A program made the translations under genes and the position numbers. Source: an uncultured Candidatus Cloacimonadota bacterium (GTDB lineage: Bacteria; Cloacimonadota; Cloacimonadia; Cloacimonadales; TCS61). Taken from it: 26,455 bases of DNA. Shown here one piece after another: positions 8,857-16,772 of this stretch. The number at the start of each line of letters is the position of its first letter. Within the stretch, counting starts at the first letter, position 1. Location: the NCBI GenBank assembly GCA_964460095.1, contig CAYWPW010000001.1:1-26455 (forward strand), written 5' to 3'. The notes beneath the pieces were generated by a model. It was not told where the DNA came from, made no database searches, and worked only from the letters and a program-made list of their open reading frames with translations.

Positions 8857-9729
8857 ATGAGTATTTTAGTAAATAAAACTTCAAGGGTGATTGTTCAGGG
8901 TTTCACGGGAAAGGAAGGGACATTTCATGCAGAACAGTGTATTGCTTATGGCACAAATGTAGTAGGTGGTGTTACTCCCGGCAAAGGTGGTCAAACTCAT
9001 CTTGGCAGACCTGTTTTTAATACGGTAAAAGAAGCTGTAAAAGCTACAGAAACAGACACATCATTGATTCTGGTTCCACCAGCTTTTGCTGCTGATGCTA
9101 TAATGGAAGCTGCTGCTGCAGGAATTAAAGTGATCGTCTGCATAACCGAAGGTATCCCTACAAGAGATGTTATTATTGCTAAAAAATTTACTGATAAACA
9201 AGGAGCAACCTTAATTGGACCAAACTGCCCGGGAATTATTACTGCAGATGAAGCTAAGGTTGGGATTATGCCGGGCTTTGTGTTTAAAAAAGGAAAAGTG
9301 GGTTTGATTTCCAAATCCGGAACATTAACCTATGAAATGGCAAACCAGGTGGTTCTGGCAGATCTGGGAATTTCAACTGCGATAGGCATCGGTGGAGACC
9401 CGATAATAGGTACAACTATCATCGATCTTTTAAAGCTTTTTGAAAAAGACAAAGAAACAGAAGCAATAGTTATTATCGGTGAGATCGGTGGTGATATGGA
9501 AATTCAAGCAGCGGAGTATATCAAAGAAAATATCACGAAACCTGTAGTGGCATTCATAGCTGGACGTACAGCTCCCAAAGGAAAACGAATGGGACACGCT
9601 GGAGCTATTATTGCCGGAAGTAAAGGTACAGCCCAGGAAAAAATGGATGCACTTACAAAAGCTGGAGTTACTGTGGTTGATTCTCCTGCTGATATAGGGG
9701 TGAAAGTTCGAGAGATTCTTAATAAATAA
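8857..9729 (+). CDS. sucD: Succinyl-CoA synthetase alpha subunit
   Basis: [40 protein letters not shown], and the phospho-His motif MGHAGA. Confidence 0.96.
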   Translation: MSILVNKTSRVIVQGFTGKEGTFHAEQCIAYGTNVVGGVTPGKGGQTHLGRPVFNTVKEAVKATETDTSLILVPPAFAADAIMEAAAAGIKVIVCITEGIPTRDVIIAKKFTDKQGATLIGPNCPGIITADEAKVGIMPGFVFKKGKVGLISKSGTLTYEMANQVVLADLGISTAIGIGGDPIIGTTIIDLLKLFEKDKETEAIVIIGEIGGDMEIQAAEYIKENITKPVVAFIAGRTAPKGKRMGHAGAIIAGSKGTAQEKMDALTKAGVTVVDSPADIGVKVREILNK

Positions 9730-9752
9730 TACTCTGAACAAAGGAAGGTTAT

Positions 9753-10577
9753 ATGAATGACATAGAAAAAACTAATAAAACTGCAGAAGAATATAAAATG
9801 CAGGGAGAGTTGTTGAAAGCTTCCCAAGAGTATAATAAAATATTGGATAAAGATCCGAATAATATTAATTCAAGGATAAGTCTCGCAGATATTTATTATA
9901 TTCTTGGTGATATTAATAAATCAATAGAGCAGTATGAAAAAGCTGTTGAACTAAAACCTCATTATGGCTTGGTTTTATACCGTTTGGGCATTTCATATTT
10001 TCGGGCTACAAAATTCTATAAAGCGATTTCTGTTCTGGACAGGGTAATCAAATTAGATCCAGATTTATATATGGCTTATTATTGGAAAGGTCTTTCTTAT
10101 TATCATATCGGAAGAGTTCGGAAAAGTATCGAATCATACAAAAAGCTCCGGGAAAAGGGGAAGGACAGCACTTTAGGATATTATCATCTGGCAATTTCCT
10201 ATAAAACTATCGGGAATTATAAAGAAGCAATAAAATGTCTCGAACAGATTTTAAAGGAAGAACAAAATATCGTTTCAGTCAATTATCATCTCGGTCTTTC
10301 ATATTTGGGACTTTCAAAAATTGAAAAAGCTCTCCTATGCTTCAAAAAAGTTCTGGAAATCGATTCCGAACATCAGGGAGCAAAAGATATCCTCGGTAAT
10401 CTCTCTACTGATCAGGAAATGCTTTATACGTTCGGTATTGAGGAATCAAAAAGAGACAGTAACATCGAGGAATTAATTACTAACTATCATGTTGGAGAAA
10501 CTTACAAAGGATTTTCTTCTATTGATAGAGCATTTAAATATTTTAGAAAAAAACTTAAGGAAAAACAAAAGGACTAG
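9753..10577 (+). CDS. Tetratricopeptide-repeat protein (paralogue of 25542-26213)
   Basis: Repeating ~34-aa TPR units (Y..LG..Y, A...Y.K). No catalytic domain is evident. Confidence 0.85.
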   Translation: MNDIEKTNKTAEEYKMQGELLKASQEYNKILDKDPNNINSRISLADIYYILGDINKSIEQYEKAVELKPHYGLVLYRLGISYFRATKFYKAISVLDRVIKLDPDLYMAYYWKGLSYYHIGRVRKSIESYKKLREKGKDSTLGYYHLAISYKTIGNYKEAIKCLEQILKEEQNIVSVNYHLGLSYLGLSKIEKALLCFKKVLEIDSEHQGAKDILGNLSTDQEMLYTFGIEESKRDSNIEELITNYHVGETYKGFSSIDRAFKYFRKKLKEKQKD

Positions 10578-10658
10578 CAATAAAGATTGTTTTTTAAAAA
10601 AAATTGTTTTCTAAGATAAAAATGTTCCTTAGAAAAGTAAATTATATTAGGAGAATTT

Positions 10659-11504
10659 ATGCGAGAAATTGATGTTAATAAGATTATTCCAATAGTAAAA
10701 AAACTCTGTATTGATGCGAGTATTTACATTGGAGACGATGTGGTTGAGAAGCTTAAAGAGTTTCAGGAAAAGGAAGAATCTCCTATCGCAAAAGAGATTA
10801 TTTCCATAATTTTTGAGAATCAGAGATTATCTGTTGAGAAACAAATGCCTTTGTGCCAGGATACAGGAGTAGCTGTATTTTTTATTGAGCTCGGACAAGA
10901 TGTTCACCTGGTAGGAGGTGATTTTTATAAAGCTATCAACGAGGGCGTTCGTCAGGGTTATAAAGAAGGTTACTTGCGAAAATCTATGGTTGATGATCCA
11001 ATTATTGAAAGAAAAAACACCAAAGATAATACTCCTGCACTTATTTATTTGGATATTGTTCAGGGAGATAAGATAAAAATTACTCTTGCAGCAAAAGGTG
11101 GTGGTTCCGAAAATATGAGCGAAGTAAAAATGATGAAAGCCGCTGATGGAATCGAAGGTGTAATAGATTTTGTTGTGGATAGAGTTAAAAGGTCAGGTGG
11201 AAATCCATGCCCACCAATTATCGTTGGAGTTGGTCTGGGTGGAAATTTTGAACAAAGTGCTCTGCTGGCAAAGAAATCTCTTCTCCGTCCTTTGAATGAA
11301 AAACACCCCGATCCTAAGTGGGCGAAAGTTGAAGAAGAAATTTTAGAAAAAGTTAATAACCTGGGGATAGGACCACAGGGATTGGGTGGCAGAACAACTG
11401 CCATTGCTGTTCAAATATTGGCTAAACCTTGCCATATAGCTTCAATGCCGGTTGCTGTAAACATTCAATGTCATGTTCACAGACATAAAAGTGCAGTGAT
11501 ATAA
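10659..11504 (+). CDS. fumA: Fe-S class I fumarate hydratase, alpha subunit (FumA/TtdA family)
   Basis: PLCQDTG, DNTPA, KGGGSEN, NPCPP and CHVHRH motifs, in a TCA context. Confidence 0.88.
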   Translation: MREIDVNKIIPIVKKLCIDASIYIGDDVVEKLKEFQEKEESPIAKEIISIIFENQRLSVEKQMPLCQDTGVAVFFIELGQDVHLVGGDFYKAINEGVRQGYKEGYLRKSMVDDPIIERKNTKDNTPALIYLDIVQGDKIKITLAAKGGGSENMSEVKMMKAADGIEGVIDFVVDRVKRSGGNPCPPIIVGVGLGGNFEQSALLAKKSLLRPLNEKHPDPKWAKVEEEILEKVNNLGIGPQGLGGRTTAIAVQILAKPCHIASMPVAVNIQCHVHRHKSAVI

Positions 11505-11515
11505 AAGGAGAAATA

Positions 11516-12070
11516 ATGGCTAAAGAAATACATTTACAGACTCCACTAAAAGATGAAGATCTGGAAAAACTCAATATTGGTGACAAGGTTCTCATTACGG
11601 GAACCGTGTACACAGCACGCGATGCTGCTCATAAAAGACTTGTTGACTTAATAGAAGCAGGAAAAGAGCTTCCTTTTGATATTAAAGGACAGATAATCTA
11701 TTTTGTCGGTCCTGCTCCTGCTAGACCGGGAATGCCTATCGGTTCAGCAGGTCCCACAACTAGCTACAGAATGGATTCCTATTCCCCAATTCTTCTGGAT
11801 GAAGGCTTAAAAGGGATGATTGGAAAAGGACCCAGAAGTAAAGAAGTCATTAATTCAATGATAAAAAATAAAGGCGTGTATTTTGCGGCAATCGGTGGAG
11901 CTGCAGTTGTAATGGCTCAATCCATAAAAGCTGCAAAAGTGATAGCTTATGAAGATCTTGGAACGGAAGCGATAAGAGAATTGAAAGTGGAAAACCTACC
12001 ATGCATTGTTGCAAATGATGTTTATGGTAATGATTTATTTGATGAAGGAGTTAAAAAATACAGAAAATGA
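11516..12070 (+). CDS. fumB: Fe-S class I fumarate hydratase, beta subunit (FumB/TtdB family)
   Basis: TARDAAHKR, GPTTSYRMD, GKGPR and EDLGTEA motifs. It is adjacent to the alpha subunit. Confidence 0.88.
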   Translation: MAKEIHLQTPLKDEDLEKLNIGDKVLITGTVYTARDAAHKRLVDLIEAGKELPFDIKGQIIYFVGPAPARPGMPIGSAGPTTSYRMDSYSPILLDEGLKGMIGKGPRSKEVINSMIKNKGVYFAAIGGAAVVMAQSIKAAKVIAYEDLGTEAIRELKVENLPCIVANDVYGNDLFDEGVKKYRK

Positions 12071-12107
12071 AATTCTTGTTCCCAAGTTTGACTTGGGAAC
12101 AAGAATT
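12071..12107. repeat. REP-like palindrome, family member 2 (perfect 17-bp stem)
   Basis: AATTCTTGTTCCCAAGT-TTG-ACTTGGGAACAAGAATT starts immediately after the fumB stop codon. It shares the CTTGTTCCCA...TGGGAAC core with 22128-22154. Confidence 0.8.
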
Positions 12108-12125
12108 ATCAAACAAGGAGGTATT

Positions 12126-13049
12126 ATGGAAAAAGTTTCAATTATTGGTAGTGGGAATGTTGGAACCGCAGCAGCATTCTATATAGCGGAGAAGTGTACT
12201 GCGAATATTATGCTAATTGACATCTTAGAAGGAAAAGCTGAAGGTAGCGCTTTGGACCTTGCAGAAGCTTCTCCACTACGTGATTATGATATTAAAATCG
12301 AAGGATCTTCAAACATTGAAGATATCAAAGATTCCAAAGTAGTTGTAATAACTGCTGGAAAAGTGAGAAAACCTAATACATTACGACTTGAACTTCTAGA
12401 AGAAAACGTAAAAATTATCGACCCGATAATCAAAGACATCAAAAAATATGCGCCTGATTCAATCGTTATTATTCTTACAGAACCAATAACATCAATGACA
12501 TATTATGCTTGGAAAAAATTAGGTTTCGATCGACAAAAAGTTCTTGGTGTTGCTGGCAAATTAGACGTTGCCAGAGTTTGTGAATTCGTCTCTCAGGAAC
12601 TCAAAGTGACTCCTGTTGAAGTTAGCGCACTTGTACTTGGAGGTCATCACAAATTTATGGTAATTCCACCTGAGTTTATAAGAGTGTGCGGTATTCCAAT
12701 AAACGAACTGATTCCTAAAGACCGTGTTGATCAAATCATCACTAAAGTTAGAGAAGCCGGAACTGATATTCTTACATTACTCAAAAAACAAACCTCCATG
12801 TATTCTCCAGGTGCTGCTATAGCTGAAACCGTCGGTGCGATCATTAATGACACAAAAGCAATTCTTTGCGTTCCAACTTGCCTTGAAGGTGAATACGGAT
12901 TCAAGGACTTATGTTTGGGTGTACCCGTACAAATAGGGATAAATGGTATTGAAAAAATTATTGAATTAGAACTCTCCCTTGATATTAAGGAGAAACTTCA
13001 AATCTCTGCTGATGTGATAAAGAAAACCATTGAATCTTTGGGAATATAG
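12126..13049 (+). CDS. Divergent LDH-like malate dehydrogenase paralogue
   Basis: ATG 12126 follows AAGGAGG; the ORF-track start at 12006 lies inside fumB. IIGSGNVG, TAGKVRKP..LR, LDVAR and LGGH are present, but the conserved TNP motif reads TEP. Confidence 0.8.
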   Translation: MEKVSIIGSGNVGTAAAFYIAEKCTANIMLIDILEGKAEGSALDLAEASPLRDYDIKIEGSSNIEDIKDSKVVVITAGKVRKPNTLRLELLEENVKIIDPIIKDIKKYAPDSIVIILTEPITSMTYYAWKKLGFDRQKVLGVAGKLDVARVCEFVSQELKVTPVEVSALVLGGHHKFMVIPPEFIRVCGIPINELIPKDRVDQIITKVREAGTDILTLLKKQTSMYSPGAAIAETVGAIINDTKAILCVPTCLEGEYGFKDLCLGVPVQIGINGIEKIIELELSLDIKEKLQISADVIKKTIESLGI

Positions 13050-13057
13050 GAGGAACC

Positions 13058-13990
13058 ATGAAAGTTAGTATAATTGGAAGCGGAAATGTTGGTGTTGCCT
13101 GTGCACTTTATTTGGCAGAAAAGCGTGTTTCGAATATTGTTTTAATCGATGTTGTAGAAGGCTGGGCAGAAGGTAAAGCAATGGATATTGTACAAGCTTC
13201 TCCGATTCGACGATATGATGTTTTTATCAATGGCTATTCTGATATCAGTATGATAAAAGATTCTGAGGTGGTTGTAGTCACAGCAGGTAAGCCAAGATTA
13301 CCTGGCATGTCCAGAGAAGATTTACTGCGTGATAACGTAAAAATTATGAAAAATGTTTCAGAAAGCATCGCCAGATATGCCCCGAATTCAATCGTCATCA
13401 CTGTTACAAATCCTCTTGATATTCTGGCTTATGTAGCTTTGAAAGTTACAGGTTTTGCATTGAAGAAAGTTATTGGTATGGCCGGAATACTTGATTCTTC
13501 AAGATTTAGATATTTTATTGCCCATGAACTTGGAGTAAGTCCTAAAAATGTTACTGCTCTTGTATTAGGTGGTCATGGTGATTTGATGGTACCTTTACCG
13601 CGATATTCAACAGTTCATGGAATTCCGGTTTCAGAACTTTTACCAAAAGCAAAAATTGATAAACTAATAGAACGCACCCGCAAAGCCGGTGGTGAAATTG
13701 TGGCATATCTCAAAACTGGTAGTGCGTATTGGTCACCTGGTAGCTCGGCAGCAGAGATGGCTGAATGCATAGTTCGTAATAGAAATAGAATAGTACCTTG
13801 CTCAGCATATCTAAGAGGAGAATACGGAATTGACGGTTTGTTTGCTGGTGTTCCAATCAAAATCGGTAGAAATGGAGTTGAGGAAATAATCGAATTGTCA
13901 CTCACTACTGAAGAAACACAAGCCCTACATCTTTCAGCTGAAAAAGTAAGGGAAGTTATTGAAAAAATCGAAGCGGAAAAACTTATTTGA
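13058..13990 (+). CDS. mdh: Malate dehydrogenase (NAD, LDH-like tetrameric type)
   Basis: IIGSGNVG, TAGKPRLPGMSREDLL (both substrate Arg residues), VTNPLD, LDSSR, LGGHGD. Confidence 0.93.
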   Translation: MKVSIIGSGNVGVACALYLAEKRVSNIVLIDVVEGWAEGKAMDIVQASPIRRYDVFINGYSDISMIKDSEVVVVTAGKPRLPGMSREDLLRDNVKIMKNVSESIARYAPNSIVITVTNPLDILAYVALKVTGFALKKVIGMAGILDSSRFRYFIAHELGVSPKNVTALVLGGHGDLMVPLPRYSTVHGIPVSELLPKAKIDKLIERTRKAGGEIVAYLKTGSAYWSPGSSAAEMAECIVRNRNRIVPCSAYLRGEYGIDGLFAGVPIKIGRNGVEEIIELSLTTEETQALHLSAEKVREVIEKIEAEKLI

Positions 13991-15327
13991 TGAAATTACA
14001 AATTCCATTTTGGGGAGAGGAACTTACTGTTTCTCTCCCCAAACACAATATAGGGGAAATCATATTCCCTAATTCAGTTGAGATACGACCGGAAAAGGAG
14101 ATTCTTTTTGAGGCTTTCAATAATCCGGTTGATACAGGTAGTTTTGATGATTTTATTAAAGGTGATGAGCCTATTCTCATTATTATTAATGATGCTACAA
14201 GACCAACGCCAAATGCAAGAATCATAGATCTTTTCTGGAACAAAATAAAAGATAAGGATATAAAATTTCTAATTGCTACAGGAGGCCATAGAGCACCATC
14301 CAAAGATGAATATCTCGAACTTTTTGGGAATCATTATTCAGAATTAGAAAAAAATATATTTTCACACGATTCAAAAAATAAAGAAGAAAACATCTATATT
14401 GGTAAAACTGAAAATGGCACAGAAGTTTATTTCGATAAAATGGTTATGAACGCTAACAAAATAATTTACATAACTTCTGTTGAACCGCACTATTTTGCTG
14501 GTTTTACCGGTGGAGCAAAATCCTTTTTACCCGGAATTGCCGCTCATAAAACAATCGAGCAAAATCATGAGCTGGCATTAAAAGCTACTGCTAAAGCATT
14601 AGTTATTGAAGGGAATCCAGTTAGAAATGATATAAAAGAAGCTTATGATTTCATTGCAAAAGATAAGAAGATTTTTTCAATTCAAACCGTCTTAAACAAA
14701 GACCATAGAATTTATTTTTGTGTTTGCGGTGAAACACACAAGGCTTTCAAATTAGCATGCGAAAAAGCAAATGATGTTTTTTCAGTGGAAATCAGAGAAA
14801 GAGCAGATATCGTTGTATCAGTTGCACCTTATCCAATGGACATCGATTTTTATCAATCGCAGAAAGCAATTGATAATGGCAAATTTGCATTGAATCCGAA
14901 TGGGATTCTCATTTTAGTAGCAAGTTGCAGGAAAGGGCTTGGAGGGAAATCATTTTTTAAACTATTAAGTGAATCCAGAAATCCTGATGAAGTCTTTAAT
15001 AAAATTGCACAAGGTTTCAAACTGGGTTATCATAAAGCAGCTAAAATGGCGGAAATCATGAAGTGGGCTTCTATCTGGGCTTACACAAAGCTTGAACCTG
15101 AATTACTGAATCATATTTTTATTAAAGGATTTGGAGATTTACAGGAAGCAATAGATGCCAGCCTGAAGGAAAAGGGAAACGAAAAAATACTCTTTTTGAT
15201 GGATGGTAGTTTAACTGTTCCTCGAATCGCACACCGCATCCTTCACAAAAGAAAGTTCATCTACGCTCCAGTTACAGATAAAAACCCAAAAAATCATATC
15301 AAACTCGATGATCTGTTTATTGATTGA
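13990..15327 (+). CDS. larA: LarA-family nickel-pincer 2-hydroxyacid racemase/epimerase (substrate unknown)
   Basis: TGATG coupling to mdh. INDATRPTP, ATGGHR, EPHYFAGFTGGAKS, NH, YQSQKA and DGSLTVP match lactate racemase family residues. About 35 extra residues follow at the C-terminus. Confidence 0.85.
   Translation: MKLQIPFWGEELTVSLPKHNIGEIIFPNSVEIRPEKEILFEAFNNPVDTGSFDDFIKGDEPILIIINDATRPTPNARIIDLFWNKIKDKDIKFLIATGGHRAPSKDEYLELFGNHYSELEKNIFSHDSKNKEENIYIGKTENGTEVYFDKMVMNANKIIYITSVEPHYFAGFTGGAKSFLPGIAAHKTIEQNHELALKATAKALVIEGNPVRNDIKEAYDFIAKDKKIFSIQTVLNKDHRIYFCVCGETHKAFKLACEKANDVFSVEIRERADIVVSVAPYPMDIDFYQSQKAIDNGKFALNPNGILILVASCRKGLGGKSFFKLLSESRNPDEVFNKIAQGFKLGYHKAAKMAEIMKWASIWAYTKLEPELLNHIFIKGFGDLQEAIDASLKEKGNEKILFLMDGSLTVPRIAHRILHKRKFIYAPVTDKNPKNHIKLDDLFID
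14009..14043 (+). other. 15-bp hairpin inside the 5' coding region of larA
   Basis: TTTGGGGAGAGGAAC-TTACT-GTTTCTCTCCCCAAA gives 14 Watson-Crick pairs plus one G-U pair. Confidence 0.6.
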
Positions 15328-15407
15328 TATTTTATTCAACTTACTATATTTTAGCAAGTTGTGAATCTTATTAAACGTATAATTTGAGTACAAGAAAAAA
15401 AAATAAA

Positions 15408-16733
15408 ATGAAATATCATATAAAATGCTTACATTGTGGAAAAATATATTCCGAAAACCAATATGTTACAAAATGTGTTAATGAATGCGATTCAGTATTG
15501 AGAACGGAATATGAAAAAAAATATTTTGATGTAGTCGAAGAAAACCAAGGTATCTTGAAATACATTAATTGGCTGCCATTTAATAATGTCAGCAAGCAAT
15601 TATCAGAGAATTGTAGTTCTTTTTCAATTTATATGAGCAGAAAGTTAGCAGATTATTTTGGATTGGAAAACCTATTAATATGTCGTAATACTTATTATCC
15701 AGATTCAAATGAATCAATGAGAACCGGCACTTTCAAGGATATTGAAGCAGAAATGTCTTTCCAAAGAATTATTGAAACAGGGGAATATGGAAAACCATTT
15801 GTTCTTTCTTCCGACGGTAATGTAGCAACTTCATTTATCCATTATTCAAATATTTTCCAATATCCTGTAGTTCTATCGGTTACAGAAGATGCGAGAATGA
15901 ACAGAATATGGTCGTTCAGAAATTCTAATCCAAACGTGACGCTTATATCGATGCAGGGCAACTGTGATTATTATAACTCTATAGCTTTAGCAAATGAACT
16001 TGGAAAAAATAATCAATTTGTTTCTGAAGGTGGCGCTTTAAATGTAGCAAGAAGAGATGGTATCGGAACAATAATGTTAGAAGCAACAAAATTTTTAGGG
16101 CATATGCCCGACCACTATTTTCAGTCGCTTGGTTCTGGTCCTGGAGCAATTGCCGTATATGAAACTTCATTACGGCTAAAAGAAGATGGCAGGTATGGAA
16201 AAACGTTACCTAAGATACATAGCTCTCAAAATCATCCGTTTATTCCTATGTATGAAGCCTGGCAGAGACGATCAAGAGTAATAGACTCGAAATATCAAGA
16301 TGAAAATGCTGTTGAGTTGATTAAGCAGGTCTATGCTCACGTGCTTACTAATAGATATCCTGCATATTCAATAAAAGGCGGAGTATTTGATGCTCTGGAG
16401 AATACTTCCGGTGAGTTTTATTCCATAACAAATGAAGAAGCTGTAAAAGCACAGAAAATGTTTAAAGAACTTGAGGGATATGATATAGAGCCGCCAGTTG
16501 GCGTAACAGTTGCTTCATTAATAAAATCTATAGAAAATGGAACAGTTAATAATGATGATTATATCCTTTTAAATATTACTGGTGGTGGAAGAGAAAATAT
16601 GAAGAAAGAAAAATTTATATTAAATCCGACAATAACGGTAAACAAAAACTATAATATTAATGATTTAATGCAATTTTTTTTTAACAACCGACGAGGAATG
16701 TTTTCATCACAAATAAAAGATTCAGCTACATAA
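15408..16733 (+). CDS. Cysteate synthase-like PLP enzyme (threonine synthase fold, MA3297 family)
   Basis: N-terminal CxxC (CLHCGK), PLP-Lys motif TGTFKDIEA, family-typical EGGALNVARRDGIGT and PDHYFQSLGSG, and LLNITGGG. ATG 15408 is the likely start. Confidence 0.75.
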   Translation: MKYHIKCLHCGKIYSENQYVTKCVNECDSVLRTEYEKKYFDVVEENQGILKYINWLPFNNVSKQLSENCSSFSIYMSRKLADYFGLENLLICRNTYYPDSNESMRTGTFKDIEAEMSFQRIIETGEYGKPFVLSSDGNVATSFIHYSNIFQYPVVLSVTEDARMNRIWSFRNSNPNVTLISMQGNCDYYNSIALANELGKNNQFVSEGGALNVARRDGIGTIMLEATKFLGHMPDHYFQSLGSGPGAIAVYETSLRLKEDGRYGKTLPKIHSSQNHPFIPMYEAWQRRSRVIDSKYQDENAVELIKQVYAHVLTNRYPAYSIKGGVFDALENTSGEFYSITNEEAVKAQKMFKELEGYDIEPPVGVTVASLIKSIENGTVNNDDYILLNITGGGRENMKKEKFILNPTITVNKNYNINDLMQFFFNNRRGMFSSQIKDSAT

Positions 16734-16772
16734 CAAAATATTATAAATAAAAATTTAGGAGTAAAAAAACAA

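Noticed and set aside
7684-9729. ATP citrate lyase or citryl-CoA synthetase instead of SucCD
   Set aside because: Lengths and motifs are those of standard SucC and SucD, with no citrate synthase-like lyase domain. Citryl-CoA synthetase cannot be fully excluded without a tree.
10607-10636. TTTTCTAAG-N12-CTTAGAAAA inverted repeat upstream of fumA as a terminator or operator
   Set aside because: The stem is AT-only with no following U-tract, which is plausible by chance in this composition.
10659-12070. L-tartrate dehydratase
   Set aside because: It belongs to the same family, but the position between sucCD and mdh with no other fumarase in the window favours fumarase. This is a context-based decision.
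12006-12125. 40-aa N-terminal extension of the first MDH given by the ORF track
   Set aside because: It overlaps fumB and reads through the palindrome. ATG 12126 has a strong AAGGAGG site and gives a normal MDH N-terminus.
15408-16733. Threonine synthase
   Set aside because: The NVARRDG and PDHYFQ motifs fit the cysteate synthase subfamily better, and no thrAB genes are nearby.
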